The notes below the pieces were generated by a model. The model saw only the letters and a program-made list of their open reading frames with translations, made no database searches and had not been told where the DNA came from. Positions 13,236 to 25,935 of a stretch of 56,555 nucleotides of DNA are shown piece by piece (position 1 is the stretch's first letter; each line of letters starts with the position of its first letter). This stretch comes from Catajapyx aquilonaris. Taxonomy: Eukaryota. The DNA lies in the NCBI GenBank assembly GCA_000934665.2, contig JYFJ02002465.1, positions 1 to 56,555 on the forward strand. The letters are read 5' to 3'. The translations under genes were made by a program, and so were the position numbers.

Positions 13236-13948
13236 CATTGCTGAAACGTCGCTTCAGTGCGAAATTGTTTTCGAGTGATGTAATACACAAAATGCGGCGT
13301 TTGCTTCATAATATTTTTGCGGATGTGGTTGGAACGGCATTCCATAAGATTGGTGTAAATTTAATCTGAGTGTTTGGGGAGTCTCCCGTACTGTTTTGTA
13401 AAATTCCTAGGGGGACTGAACAGGAACCTCATTAGCATATCCAGGCAAAAGTGGATTCGGTTGGAATTTTGTTTACAGGAGAGCTGAGATAAGTGTCGAA
13501 AATGGGAGAGGCCTCACTTTGTGCGAGTACACACGACTATAGAAATCTGTACGAACTTACACCGTATTTGATAACTAATTTATATTGTATGTATTTACAA
13601 TTAAAGGAGACTTCCACATCGTTAAATGGTGACTGTTCAGTTGCCATATAACGACAGCTTTTGACACCAGCTACAAATGCGTACAGTAACGTGTCATCCC
13701 GCCCAACCTGCCAGACACAGGAGCACTGTACAATCATGCAACTGCAAGACCCATTATTTACCTAAACCTCATGTGGCCGGACAAGCAAGTCTGGGCACCT
13801 CCCAACTGCAGAAGCCAGCAAATTAAACATGCCAGGCCACTCTAAGCAGACGAGAGAATGTGCAGTCGCATGATTACAACACAACCTAACCAAGCTCCAA
13901 TCAGGAGTCGATCCCTATTATGCACTGTACATATTCAGAGAACTATTA

Positions 13949-14167
13949 AGCCACGTTTACATGCGAGCGATTTGATCAGTGATGACAATCGTGGTAACAA
14001 TATATTTTCGCTCTCATCGCTTCTACATCGCTGATCAAATCGCTCACATGTCGAAGATGTATTTGCATGTGAGCGATTTGATCAGCGATGTTGCAGTGAT
14101 GACAATCGTGGTAACAACATATTTTCGCTCTCATCGCTGATCAAATCGCTCACATGCAAATGCAGCT
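13949..14167. mobile_element. MITE family A copy with internal duplication
   Basis: AGCCACGTTTACATGCGAGCGATTTGATCAG...CTGATCAAATCGCTCACATGCAAATGCAGCT; the internal palindromic unit occurs twice. Confidence 0.7.
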
Positions 14168-15435
14168 TCGACGCTGTGAATATGAACATTATTTATTAAA
14201 TAGGTACATTTTCACTGTCGCACTGACTGTTAGTTTCAAAAAAATGTGCTCAGATCCATATTTTTGGGGAATCCCAATGAAGCTCTCGGGTCGCAATGCA
14301 ATGCGAATCCATAGAGGTAGCCTAATATTGTCGTTTAAGTTACGGTCCTTCAGGAATTCGTCACTGAGACACTCTTGACTGTCCGCAGTGCCCAAGGGAT
14401 AAGTTACTCGGCAATTGAGCGTACAACGGACTTTTAAAAAGCCCGGTCTTGGCGCCTTACGTACAACTTGCGCCAACCTCTCTGAATTCCATCCTCTTCT
14501 TGCTCGGCTTACAAACTTCCTAATTGCACACCAAACATGTACGATCTCTGCAAACACCTGACATCGCATCAGTTTAAATGCGCCTCACCCTCGACGGGTT
14601 CATCACTTGACAGTGTACAATGGTCACTTCAGTTCGGTGTACAATGGTGTTCATTACCCAGTACGTTGCCCAGTACCAATGCGACATGCTCACCGTTTGG
14701 AACAAATCCTCAGCGTGCGACAAGCTGTCCATCCACCAGAAAAATACAACCACGGGTCTGTCTGTCGGGGGGTTTGTTGTGTGTAGTACAGCGCAGAGCA
14801 GGGTGGTGGTACTTGTTAATTAGAAAAAGGCACTATTCCATTTGAAAGTTACTTTTTGGGTTGTGTTGCTTTTGCTTTTGTGTTACTTTCAGGTTTTTTT
14901 GTGTTGTGGTTGTGGTGGATTGGGAGGGGGGGATGTTTTGAAATGGGGAGGAAATAAAATATTTTGGGTAGAGGAGGGAAAAAGGGGGGGAAAGAATCCG
15001 GTGTCCCGGACAAGAAGGAGCTCGGAAGCTGGCTCCTACTTGTCACTCACTCGTGTGCTCCGGAGTTTTCCGGAGGGGGGAGGAGGAGAGGGGGTGGGGG
15101 AATTGGCGAAGAAAAAAAAATTGGCGAAAAAAAAATGGGAGGGAGACCGAATCACCCACAACCTCGTGCTGTCTTCCGCGATATAGTCCCCTTACTATTC
15201 GTCCCACTCAGCACTTCCTACTATACGACACCAGCACACCAACCAGAAATGTACACATCCGAACCGGTACGTACCCACCCAGCCCATTTTAACCGCACAA
15301 ACCCAATAATTAGGGTCATGCATGATTCGTGCAACAACGCGGATTGATATGGAACGATGTATTCCGCGGGGGGAGTGCTGTTGGGTACGCTGGGTTGGTT
15401 CTGTTGGCGCCACTGTCGGCGGATGGGAAACAAAG

Positions 15436-17414
15436 ATGGCGGAAAAAGATGGCAGCCTCCAGACGTGCAGGGTCGTCATCGTCGGCGGAGGGATCGCGGG
15501 GCTGTCGGCGGCCAACGAGCTGGTCAGGAACGGGATCAGGGACGTCAGGATACTTGAGGCGCAGGATGGACCAGGCGGGAGGATCAAGGGAATGCAAGTT
15601 GGTTAGTATGCACCCGGAGTGGAAGTTGTGTTCCATTTTTTTTTTTTGTATAATATCAGCAGGTGTCAGTGGAAAGTAACAGAATCTGAAGTGGACAGTC
15701 GGTTAAACGAATGTCAGACCAGACCAAGAAATTAGCCTAATTTTTTATTGACCGGGTAAAAATACACTCGTTTAACCGACTGTACTTGTTAATTACCGAC
15801 TCATCCCCATTTCAGTAGATCATGTTCAGGAAATATATGTTGTATTTTCGCATAGGGCAATTTTTTTTAGAAATAATGCGGTACCTGTTGGTGCATATGC
15901 CATTATTGTTTCGTTGTAATTCCATTTCAGGTGATCAGTATGTGGAGCTTGGGGCTAACTGGATTCATGGTGTACTAGGCAACCCGATTTATGAGTTGGC
16001 CCTTACTCATGGCCTTGTGGATGTAACGTCAGCGCCACGGGAGCATAGGGTTGTGGCCTTGACCGAGAGTGGTGGAAGGGTGCCGTTTGCTATTCTGCGG
16101 GAAGTGTATGAGGCGTACATTACTTTCTTCAAGAGATGCGAGGAGTACTTTTTGCGTTGCTTCGACCCACCGGACGGTATCCAGAGCGTTGGGGAGCATA
16201 TTAAATTGGAGGCTGATCTGTACTTAAGAGGGATTCCGCCTCAGGAAGCATCGCAGCATCGACTAGTCTTCCAGCACCTGCTACGACGTGAGAGTTGTGT
16301 TGCCGGGTGCGACTCGCCTGACCAGCTCGATCTGTTAGAGGTTGGCAGCTATATGGAGTTGCCGGGTGGGAATGTTGGGTTGACCCCTGGTAATGAGTAC
16401 TCAGCCATACTCAGCCCCTTGCTTGAATCACTCCCACCTGATTCACTACAGGTGAACAAGCCGGTCAAGTGTGTACAGTGGGGCGGGTACCAGGCAGACG
16501 AACCAGATTCGGATGACTCGGATCGGACTGTTAAGGGTGGTGACACTTACATTACCGTCACATGTGAAGACGGTACTTTGTACACCTGTAGTCATGTGAT
16601 ATGCACTGTGCCACTAGGTGTGCTCAAGTCGCATCAAGACTTATTCTCCCCACCACTACCTGCCTACAAGGCAGAGGCAGCATCACGCCTGCTTTTTAGT
16701 GCAGTTGACAAAATATTCTTAGAGTACGAGCGACCATTTCTGGACCCTGACGTGTCTGAGATTATTCTCCTGTGGGACGAATCACAAGCCAAACCAGATC
16801 CACGTGAATCATGGATACGCAAGATCCACTCCTTCTCAAAGCTTAGCGAGACACTACTCCTCGGCTGGGTGAGTGGGAAGGAGGCCGAGGTGTGTGAATC
16901 TCTCACACCGCAAGAGGTGGCCACCTCCTGCACAAAAGTTTTGCGGCAGTTTTTAGCTGATCCATACGTGCCAGAACCCAAGCGGTGCATCAGGACGGAA
17001 TGGTACGGACAGCCATACTCAAGGGGCTCCTACACTGCCATTGGAGTTGGAGGGTCACAACTTGACATCGAAATGATGGGAATGCCCGTCTATTCTCATC
17101 CAGGGAATAGCAAGGCAAGCTTTTCCCTCGGGATGAATCCATGCAGGACTTAATCTCATCTGGTCTTTCCCTTGCAGCCTGTCCTGCTATTTGCAGGAGA
17201 GCATACCCATCCTTGCTTCTACTCGACTGTTCATGGTGCTTACCTCAGTGGGCGATCTGCAGCTCGCCTCTTGTGCTGTTCTGATGACTCCGAGTCGGAC
17301 CTCAAGGAAGACGACGAAGACAAGGAGCAGGAGGAGGAGGAGGAAATACAAGTGCTTCAGGCTGACGGAATCACTGATCTCAGCTCATGGGTTCAAGGGA
17401 TTTCATTAGAATGA
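15436..17414 (+). CDS. Spermine oxidase / N1-acetylpolyamine oxidase-like flavoprotein (SMOX/PAOX family), 528 aa
   Basis: Exons 15436-15601, 15931-17114, 17178-17414. FAD motif VIVGGGIAGLSAA, LEA..GGRI, ELGANWIHG, TVPLGVLK, RGSY, FAGEHTH..YSTVHGAYLSG. Second intron is GC-AG. Confidence 0.93.
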
Positions 17415-19630
17415 AAATTAGTTTTATCCCTTTTATACAAAGCGCATTTCAATGTCTAGTCACACAGGCCCCATGCAGCTCGAAATCAGGGACTTGCTGT
17501 AGCAGCCTTTGTTTTTGTACAGTATTATAAATTTACAGACCATCTGCAACATGTGTTATTAGATTTGTTGTTGCTTGCAGTATTTCCTGTCTTGGATCTC
17601 GGGGGGTTATAAGTGCACCTATGCATTTGCTGCAAATAAATTGTTGTGTTTTTCCAAATACAGCGTACCTTACATGATTGGCGAAGAGGAGGTTCCTTGG
17701 GTATAATGCAAATGAGACACAGAGAGAAAGATAAATATGCTTTAGTTTAACATTGTTTTATCAGACTGGACCAAGTGGGTTCAATTCAGAGCAGGTTTGG
17801 GAAGGCCCCCTGCCCTTCCTCGCCTCCAAAACTAGAAAAATAGCTGTTATGTACTGTACAGGGGCTTTTTAAACATGGATGGGTATATTTTGAATGGTTG
17901 TGGGGATTACTTGAGAGACTGGATCTGAACGGAAGGTGGGAACCGGGATGGGAAAAAAAATACAATACACATGATTGACTGGGCATCCAAATATAACCAA
18001 GAAGAAAAAATAAAATAACTAAGAACTCCTCTGGCACAAGGGAGAAAAATACACAGGAGGCAAAGAAAATACATTGCTACATCTCTTTTCTTTAAGTACA
18101 CTCTTCATAAAATGTCCCCTTTTTGAACATTTGACTCTTCCCTTCCCACCCCACCCTTTGACCCCTCCCCAGAAATATATATATCTCCCTCTATGCAGTC
18201 TTGCACCTGAACACATCCTTTACTTGTCATCTCCCTTCGAAAACACCCAAAATAGACTCCTCTATCATAGAAACTCTATTATGCACACAACAGAATTTAT
18301 AATAAAGGCAACTGTCTTCTTTTTTTGACCAGGCCGCACTCTCTTTGCCCCCCCGCACCCCAAATCCTTCTCGCCAAATAAGACGTTGGATTCAACGACT
18401 TTTATTTTATTTATACCTCCTCCCATCTCAGGTCCCTTGTAGCAAAGAATGTACAGGAGTCATGTACACCTCGTGGCAAAAAAAAAAAAAAATGACACCC
18501 ACTCAAAAACAAAGCCAACATCTGGAGGTCAAAAAGGACAAAGTTCATGCGGAAGCATTCACCCCTCCCACACCCACCTAACCCTCCCCTCCCCCAAAAT
18601 ATCCCCACAGGCCTTTGGCACTAGGTACAGTTTAAAATATTATGTTTTTTTTTAAAAAAAAAGAGGAGAATACGACCCACTGCAAAATAAACCTATCCAT
18701 TTTAACACCTACCGATTATGTGTAACTCTATACAGTGTGTACAGTACTAACATTAGATAAAGAGGGAGCAATAAATATTATAGACACGTGTATAATGTTG
18801 TGTGTGTGTGTGTGGGAATCCTACGTAACTAGTGTGAATGTGTTTGGCGGGGGGAGGGGAAAAAAAATAAATCAGGTGACATGAACTACGTAGGAGCTTT
18901 TCTCAAAAAGGGGGACTGGCCAGCATCTCCTAACATCCAACAGTGCAAAAATAAAACAAAAAGGTCAAAGGGCAATAATCCCATGAAGCCATAAAATGTA
19001 CATGTGCAAAATTTTCTAAACTGAGTCAAATCAACATGATTCAAGCAGAAACAAGTTTTGTAAAAAATAAAAATAATACACAATCACAATGATCCGTATG
19101 AACGATCAAAATGTTACGTTTCTGAATACACTGCGAGTATATCCTACTCGCATGAAGAAATCAATTAGTGGGCGACACCATTTGATGTCGAATCCGTCTC
19201 CTTTTCCTGACCCACCCTAACGAGACATCCTGCATAATAAGCTTATTTATAGACTGGTGTAAAAATACAAGCTGGCCTGTCCCCAAGCAAGCTAAATATT
19301 AGGGTGAAGAGGGAAGAGAGAGAGAGAGAGAAAAAAAAATGATAGGCCTAGCAATAATATAATCAAGGAGAAACAGCCATCTCTCCTTGTAATAACTTCT
19401 ACTTATTCCACTCCTGTGAAAAAATATCTGGCCTGAAAGTTAACAACCTGAGCTCACTTTCCTCTCTCAATTTTCCGATCCTGTTTTTTTTTTCCCCTCC
19501 CATTTTTTCCTATTCTCTCTTCTCCTTACCCCTCCTTTTTTTTCCCCCTCTCACACATCGCAGATGAGATTTCGAGGGCCTTAAGAATACTGGCGGCTCA
19601 AACTCCTCGCTGGTTTCTCTCCCGACAGAC

Positions 19631-22600
19631 TCAGATATCCTGGAGACCTCCGTTAGCCGTCCCGCCCTTCACCTTATCCAGCACCTTGTTTACAAAATCT
19701 GTGGTGTGGCCAGCAATCCTGTGCTCTGTTGAAGAGGATCGAGACACGTCTATGACGATCGGAAATAAAGTTAATTATCTTGCATTTTTATCAACAACAC
19801 TATGGAGGTGGTACCTTTAACCTCGCATTGGGGCCAAGCCAAATATTGAATCAGTGAAGGTATTCCCTTTTTTTTTTTTTTTTTTAACAAACATCCAGCT
19901 GGGAAAGGCAAAAAATTCCACCAAACACTTTATGCATAGATAATGTATCTAGTCTAGTTACACTTGTCTGCGAGACAAGAGCGATCCAGAACTACTTGTG
20001 TCTGTCACGTAGTCCAAAACTGCTTGTTTTTAACTAAGGCCACGTTTACATGTGAGCAATTGTTTGGGGCGATTGTCGCACCAAACAATTAGTTCGTTTC
20101 TGAGCGAATCGCTCATGTGTACATGCGGCTTTAACAGTCCCACGTGTAAGCTACATATTACCTAATTCGATTACACTGAATGATTCATTCTCAAAAACAA
20201 TTGCTACAAAAAAAAAAGGCAGCAGTGTTGGAAACAGCCAACCGTTACTAATAGTAATTGTCGTACGGATGAAAGGCCTGCTACCACTTGAAACCATGTT
20301 TTGACACAAAGCCAAATTCTGAATCACTCTACGTGTATGAAAATAGGAGCTGCAATTGGACCATTTATGGCAATTATATTGAGCATGACTTGCACAAAAT
20401 TGGGGAATGAAAAGTCATGTGCAGCCAGTACATACTGGGAAGAAGAAGAAAAAATCTGCCATGAGTAGGTGTACCTTTCAAGGCCAAATGATTACATCAC
20501 ATTGTTAAGCAACAGGTCTTGTAAAGTTGTGAAACTGTCAACTTATTTCTAATCCTGATGACATGCACATGACAAAAATTGCAGGTGATATCCTCATACG
20601 AAGTGCAGTTCACATGGCTGCGATGAAGTAATCAATCAATGGGTCTTGCTTACGATAAGATGATTATTATCAGCCTTTTTTTTTTCTCTAGTATACGAGA
20701 GGTTGCCATCTCATATCAACTCGAGAGGAAAACAAAAACAACTCGGCACACCTGCAAGTCCTTAGCAAATAAACAAATAGGGAAACGATCAAAACATTAA
20801 ACTTACTTGCACAATGACGATGTAGACGTTCCACCCTGTGTGTCAGGTCCTCTTGCGGTGCTTCGCTCTGGCATTTACTCACCACCAACTGCTTCGCCTG
20901 GGCAATGCACTGCATCAAACGCCCTGAAACATGACAAAAAAAGCAAGTGTCTTAATTGCATATCCACTTCGGTATAGGTACAAATTAAAGGAACAAACAG
21001 ATAGTACGAAATGACTGATTAGCCACAAACAGAAATGAAATAGTTGGCACAAGAATTATCAGGAGATATCTACAAAGTATGCACTCTCTTTAAACTTGTC
21101 AACACACCTATGGCGAACTTTAAATTCGTCGCAAAGAATTTTTGCACAAATTATTTCTGCAGGATTCTCAAAACGTAGCGTCACTTTAGTACAAAAACTG
21201 CCCGTCAAATTGTGAAGATACTCACTGTGCTCCTGCTCCAATCCGTACAGCTTGAGCTTGTTGGCTTCATGCTGTGCTTTCTTCTTCAGCCTGCAGGCCC
21301 TGGAAGCCAGCTTGTTCTTCTCCTTCCTGGACTTTGGTCTGGCGTTAAAGGGCAGCTCGGACACGGGGGTCATGTCGTTAATCTCCTTGCTGAGCCTCTC
21401 CAGTTCCTTTCCAATGCTGAAAAGCTTCCTGGGATTTGGAGTTAGATCGTTTCCATCTCCTTTCCTGGCTTTTCCAGAGTGCTTTATCCCTTGTATAGAG
21501 CACTGTGGTGCAAAGACTGGATCAGTTGGCTCGTGTAAGACGTGTGGATCTTCCAGGCGCTGTGAGAGAACGAGGCGTTGACCTTTGGGCCCCTTTGCCT
21601 GGACATTGTATTGCCAGAAATATCTCTCGCGTTTGGAAGGTCCCGGTGAACTTGGGTCTTCCGGGAGAGGAATACCAGTTATGGCACCACCATCACTCCA
21701 GTCGTCATCGGAGAGGTCCTCATAATGGCGGTCAGTGTCATACTCGTAATCATCATCTGAGTCACTGTCCGGCTCTGGTTCTGAATCCTCATGTGATGCA
21801 GGACTGAGTGCTGACAATGCTGAGAGGGACGATGCTGTTGACTCAGTTGTTGTTGGTGCTGCTGCACCAGTAGGGCTTTCAACAAGTGATCCTGATGACA
21901 GCAAATGGGGGCGTGGTTCTCGCCTCTGCCACAGCATCTCAAGTCCAAGGTGCGTTGGTGCAGATGATGATAACCTAGCAGTCAGGAGAGGGTTGGCAGC
22001 TGACAATACAGATGTTGTCGACACAGATGATGAGGATCTGGGTGCTGACCTTCCAAGTGGGCTGTCAGTCGGTGATGATGCATCCTTCTTCAGAAGCAGG
22101 AGTTCATGTAGGGAAGAGCGGTGGTGATGGTGGTGGTGGTGTTGTGAAGGATGGTGAGGGTGGTGGTGGTGGTGATGGGTATGATGATGTTGCCTCAGGT
22201 AGTGCTGGTGGTGCGGAGAGGAGCAAGATGGTGATGGAGGGGTGGTAGTTGTTGAGGTCGTCATAGTTGGTGCAGGGGTTCCAGGTGATGATGGATCTAT
22301 TAACAGTGGGCTCATTGGACTTGGGACTCCTCCAGGGCGAAGTGGTGACATTGTTTGAAACATGAATGACTCTCTCGGTAAAGACTGGGTTGATGGTGGG
22401 AATGATGATGATGACATGGATGGCACAAAGAAGAGAGGACCAGGTGCTGATGACGATGTTCCTCCAACTGGTAGCATATTTCCAACGGCACCTGGCACTT
22501 CAACTCCAACTGGTGAATCAGCCATCACTACCCTGGCACCAACAGGAGACTTTTCTTCTGGCAGCAACAAGTCATCAAAGCTAAGGTCCTCTAACAATGT

Positions 22601-23750
22601 GTCATCATTGGCATTAAGTTCAGCCAGGGTCGGACCCTGAATCAAATCAGCCTTGTCCACCTGGAAGATGTCGTCATCATCCATTCGGAAGGCCCCATCG
22701 CTCAGCTTGCTTGAGTCATCTTCCACTTCCATTTTGATAGGCGCCCAGAGAGGAAGTGCAGCATTGTTGGACATGATGTTTGATCCTGGACCAGTCAGCA
22801 TGCCACCAAATCCACCAGTACCAGTCCGCATTCCAGTGGCTCCACCCATTAATGAATTGTCCTCACTTTCCAAACCATATTCCTGAAATACAAAACACTC
22901 GAGTCACTAACAGTTGCATAACCGCAAGTAATTAATCAGATCTTAAAGAAATTTCAACTCCCACTAATTGAGCTATTGTTTACATAAATCAACAGAATAC
23001 GTGCCGGAGTCTCAAAAATATTACTGTATCATAAATCTCTTGATACACTTTCATACTGTTCATTCTACAAAGTAACACGTGATGTTGATTTATGCTACGC
23101 TCCTCCAAATAAAAATAGATCCAGTCCTCATATTGTCCCACACAAATTCAGCACATAAGACGCAGGCAGTTTATTGCCGCCACACATTAACACTAAGTGC
23201 TCAGGCTACACGGCTTTCAGGCAAATATGCACACACTTTTTCTCATGACTAATAATTGCTGGATGTTTTTATGCACACAACAGACACCATATTGACACCT
23301 ACATGATGTTGCCATTCATAGTCATATTCCAGTCAAGTACAAACATGCACTTCAACAACAGTTCAATAAGCTGCTTTTACATGCAATGTTGCAGCGATTT
23401 ACATCGCTGAGCGAAAGTAATAATATATTTTCGCCCCAACTCGCTCGATTTTTCATTGAAACCAAATGCAAAATCGTCTCCATATTTTTGAGCGATATAG
23501 TACATCGCTTGCATGTAAAGGCAGCTTTAAACAGTGCTTTAAAATGCAATGCAATGCAACTCACCCTGATATAATCCATCCCGAGATCATCCACCACCAT
23601 CTTCCTGGGTATGGGCACTGACTGCGTGTCGGACCCTCCAAACCCAAGCGGGTTCATACTGGGCAGCTGCACGAAAGTAGCTGAGGTCGACCCGATGCCC
23701 CCGTTGGCCCCCATAAACGGAGACCCATCTCCTTGCATTGGGTGCGACAT
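19631..23750 (-). CDS. CREBRF: CREB3 regulatory factor / REPTOR homologue (bZIP)
   Basis: Exons 23750-23565, 22882-21226, 20923-20807, 19725-19631 in frame. [66 protein letters not shown]-terminal [15 protein letters not shown]. Confidence 0.95.
20037..20131. mobile_element. MITE family A copy (CREBRF intron)
   Basis: AGGCCACGTTTACATGTGAGC...GCTCATGTGTACATGCGGCTT with TAA-like flanks. Confidence 0.6.
23369..23526. mobile_element. MITE family A-related copy (CREBRF intron)
   Basis: AGCTGCTTTTACATGCAA...TTGCATGTAAAGGCAGCT inverted termini. Confidence 0.65.
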
Positions 23751-25099
23751 GCTCGCACTCTACGAAAAAAAAAACATGTTACACAACCATGTTTGTGCTG
23801 CACTCCGATGCCCCTGTACTTACCATACGAATTTATTTGCAGCCACTTCCGATGGACCTCATGTCTCTCTGTCCCAAGGCCAGAGATGCAGACCTGTAGA
23901 GAGACAACACCATGTTATTTCCAAGCCAGAGAGTGTTACGTAAAAGTTCGCCCAAAGAGGCATCTCCTGTGGCCTTGGTTGGGGGTATATGAAGTAGGGT
24001 GGTGGGGAGGGTTGTGTAGGAACCACACAGATGATGAGAAGGGGTGGTGGGGGGGATGGGGAGGAGGAGGAGGAGGAGGAAAAATAGTGTAGGCAAGCAG
24101 GCGCCAAACATCAGCATCACCCCACCAACCTACGTCACCTTTTAAAAAGAAATTGCAAAAAAAAAAATTGCAATCCCCCCTCCATCCAATGTGTATCCTC
24201 TTTACTCATAACCCTGGGTAGAGAGGGAGAGAGAAGCATAACAGATCGATACTCCTGTGGGTCAGGGTCACCTTTACCATCAACCTTGAGGGTCAAAGCC
24301 CCTATAGCAGCCTAACATCGCCTCCCTTGGGATGGGTCAACACTTTAAAAATTCTTTTTTTTTTTCTATTCTTTTTTTTTTCAATTAGAGAAATAGTCAA
24401 GGTCAAGGCCATTTATCGCGTGCGGATTGGTAGTAAACATATACGTGACCTTGACATATTTTTTTGGGAAGTAACAAAAAAATTCGGGGGGTTAGTTACG
24501 TCAGCACCCTCACCATTATTTCCAAGCCTGTTATGTAACAATGACAGCCACAACAATATTGCTAACAATTGGTAAGTGAAGCGAAAAAAAACCCGCGTGA
24601 CTCACCCCCACTCTTGGGACTATATAGTAGTAGGTAGAGGCCCCAACAGGGTTAGCTTATATAACCTCCCCCACATATTCCGCCCTCCCCTCTTTAAAAT
24701 TAATGTAATATGTAAAAATTAAAAAAAAAATGCATGGAATGGCGCAACCTGATGGCAACATGACCCACATTGCACACAGGATGTAAACAAACCTTTTTTT
24801 GTTGTTGCTGTTTATCCTTATTTTGCAGAGAGTATGGCGGATGTTGCTCCGTGCACACACTGTATACACTACAACAACAACAACAACAACAACACACTGT
24901 ACACACTCATGTGGCTCTTTCTTGGTACTCTCTTGTTGTTGTGCTGTGCGCGCCCGGGCTGCTCGGAGGGAAATAACATGGCGTGGCCTGGATGGGGGGT
25001 GACTATCGTTTGTGCTGGGGTGGGGGGGACGGGCAGGGGGGCTTGGACGGGGAGGGGGGGTAGTGTAAAGCCTAGAGAAGAAAAAGGTCACATGAGTAG

Positions 25100-25235
25100 C
25101 CCACAGGATCAATCAGCTTGGGAAGGAGGACCAATCAGGGGATGGGGCTTGGGGGGGATGGGAACCCAGCCAATCGGGGGGTTTGTTGTTGGCTGGGAGG
25201 CCACGCCCACTGATGCGGATCAGGCGGGTGGGGGT
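25100..25235. promoter_or_regulatory. Probable CREBRF proximal promoter (CCAAT and GC/KLF boxes)
   Basis: GGACCAATCAG near 25128, GCCAATCGG near 25169, GCCACGCCCAC at about 25200 and GGCGGGTGGGG at about 25223, upstream of a minus-strand donor (ACTCAC 24600-24605) for a 5' UTR exon. Confidence 0.45.
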
Positions 25236-25508
25236 TAAGCGCTGCTTGATACGGAGCGATCGATGGAGGGGAAATAGCGGCTACATTTTACATCGAAAAT
25301 AGCGGGTTGAGTCCATATTATGCAAAACTGCAGGTTCTGTCGTTTGGTCGTGACGATGGTACGTTTTTCTACAGTTGAATAATGAATTGTTAAATGAGAG
25401 CAACCGAGTGCGCAACGCTGTTCGCGCAAGTTTTTTTTTTCTAACACTATTCTTGAGGGGGTTACAATATGTCCGACTTTTGCGATGTTGGCAACGCTCT
25501 GGAACAAA

Positions 25509-25935
25509 CCTCAGAGGGGGGTCGCTTCCCTGACTGCCAAAAAATTACCGCTAATTACCTGACAGCCCATTTCCTTTACAGCCAAAAACCATGACAGCCA
25601 AACATCTTTTACCGCCAATTCCCTGACAGCCAATTTCCTTTACAGCCGAAAACCACGACAGCCAATGTCTTTTACCGCCAATTCCCTGATAGCCCATTTC
25701 CTTTACAGCCAAAAACCATGATAGCCAAACATCTTTTACCGCCAATTCCCTGATAGCCCATATCCTTTACAGCCAAAAACCATGATAGCCAAACATCTTT
25801 TACCGCCAATTCCCTGANGGGGGGGGGAGGTGGTGTGACAGCCAATTTCCTTTACAGCCAAAACCACTGGCGGCAAAAAACCTTTTACCGCAAATTCCCT
25901 GACAGCCAATTCCCTCTTGGCGACCCTCTTGGAGG
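25509..25935. repeat. 63-64 bp tandem array enclosed by imperfect inverted termini (MITE-like)
   Basis: Unit TTCCCTGA(C/T)AGCC(A/C)ATTTCCTTTACAGCCAAAAACCATGA(C/T)AGCCAAACATCTTTTACCGCCAA, about 5 copies; ends CCTCAGAGGGGGGTCGC and GCGACCCTCTTGGAGG. Contains an N at 25818. Confidence 0.85.
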
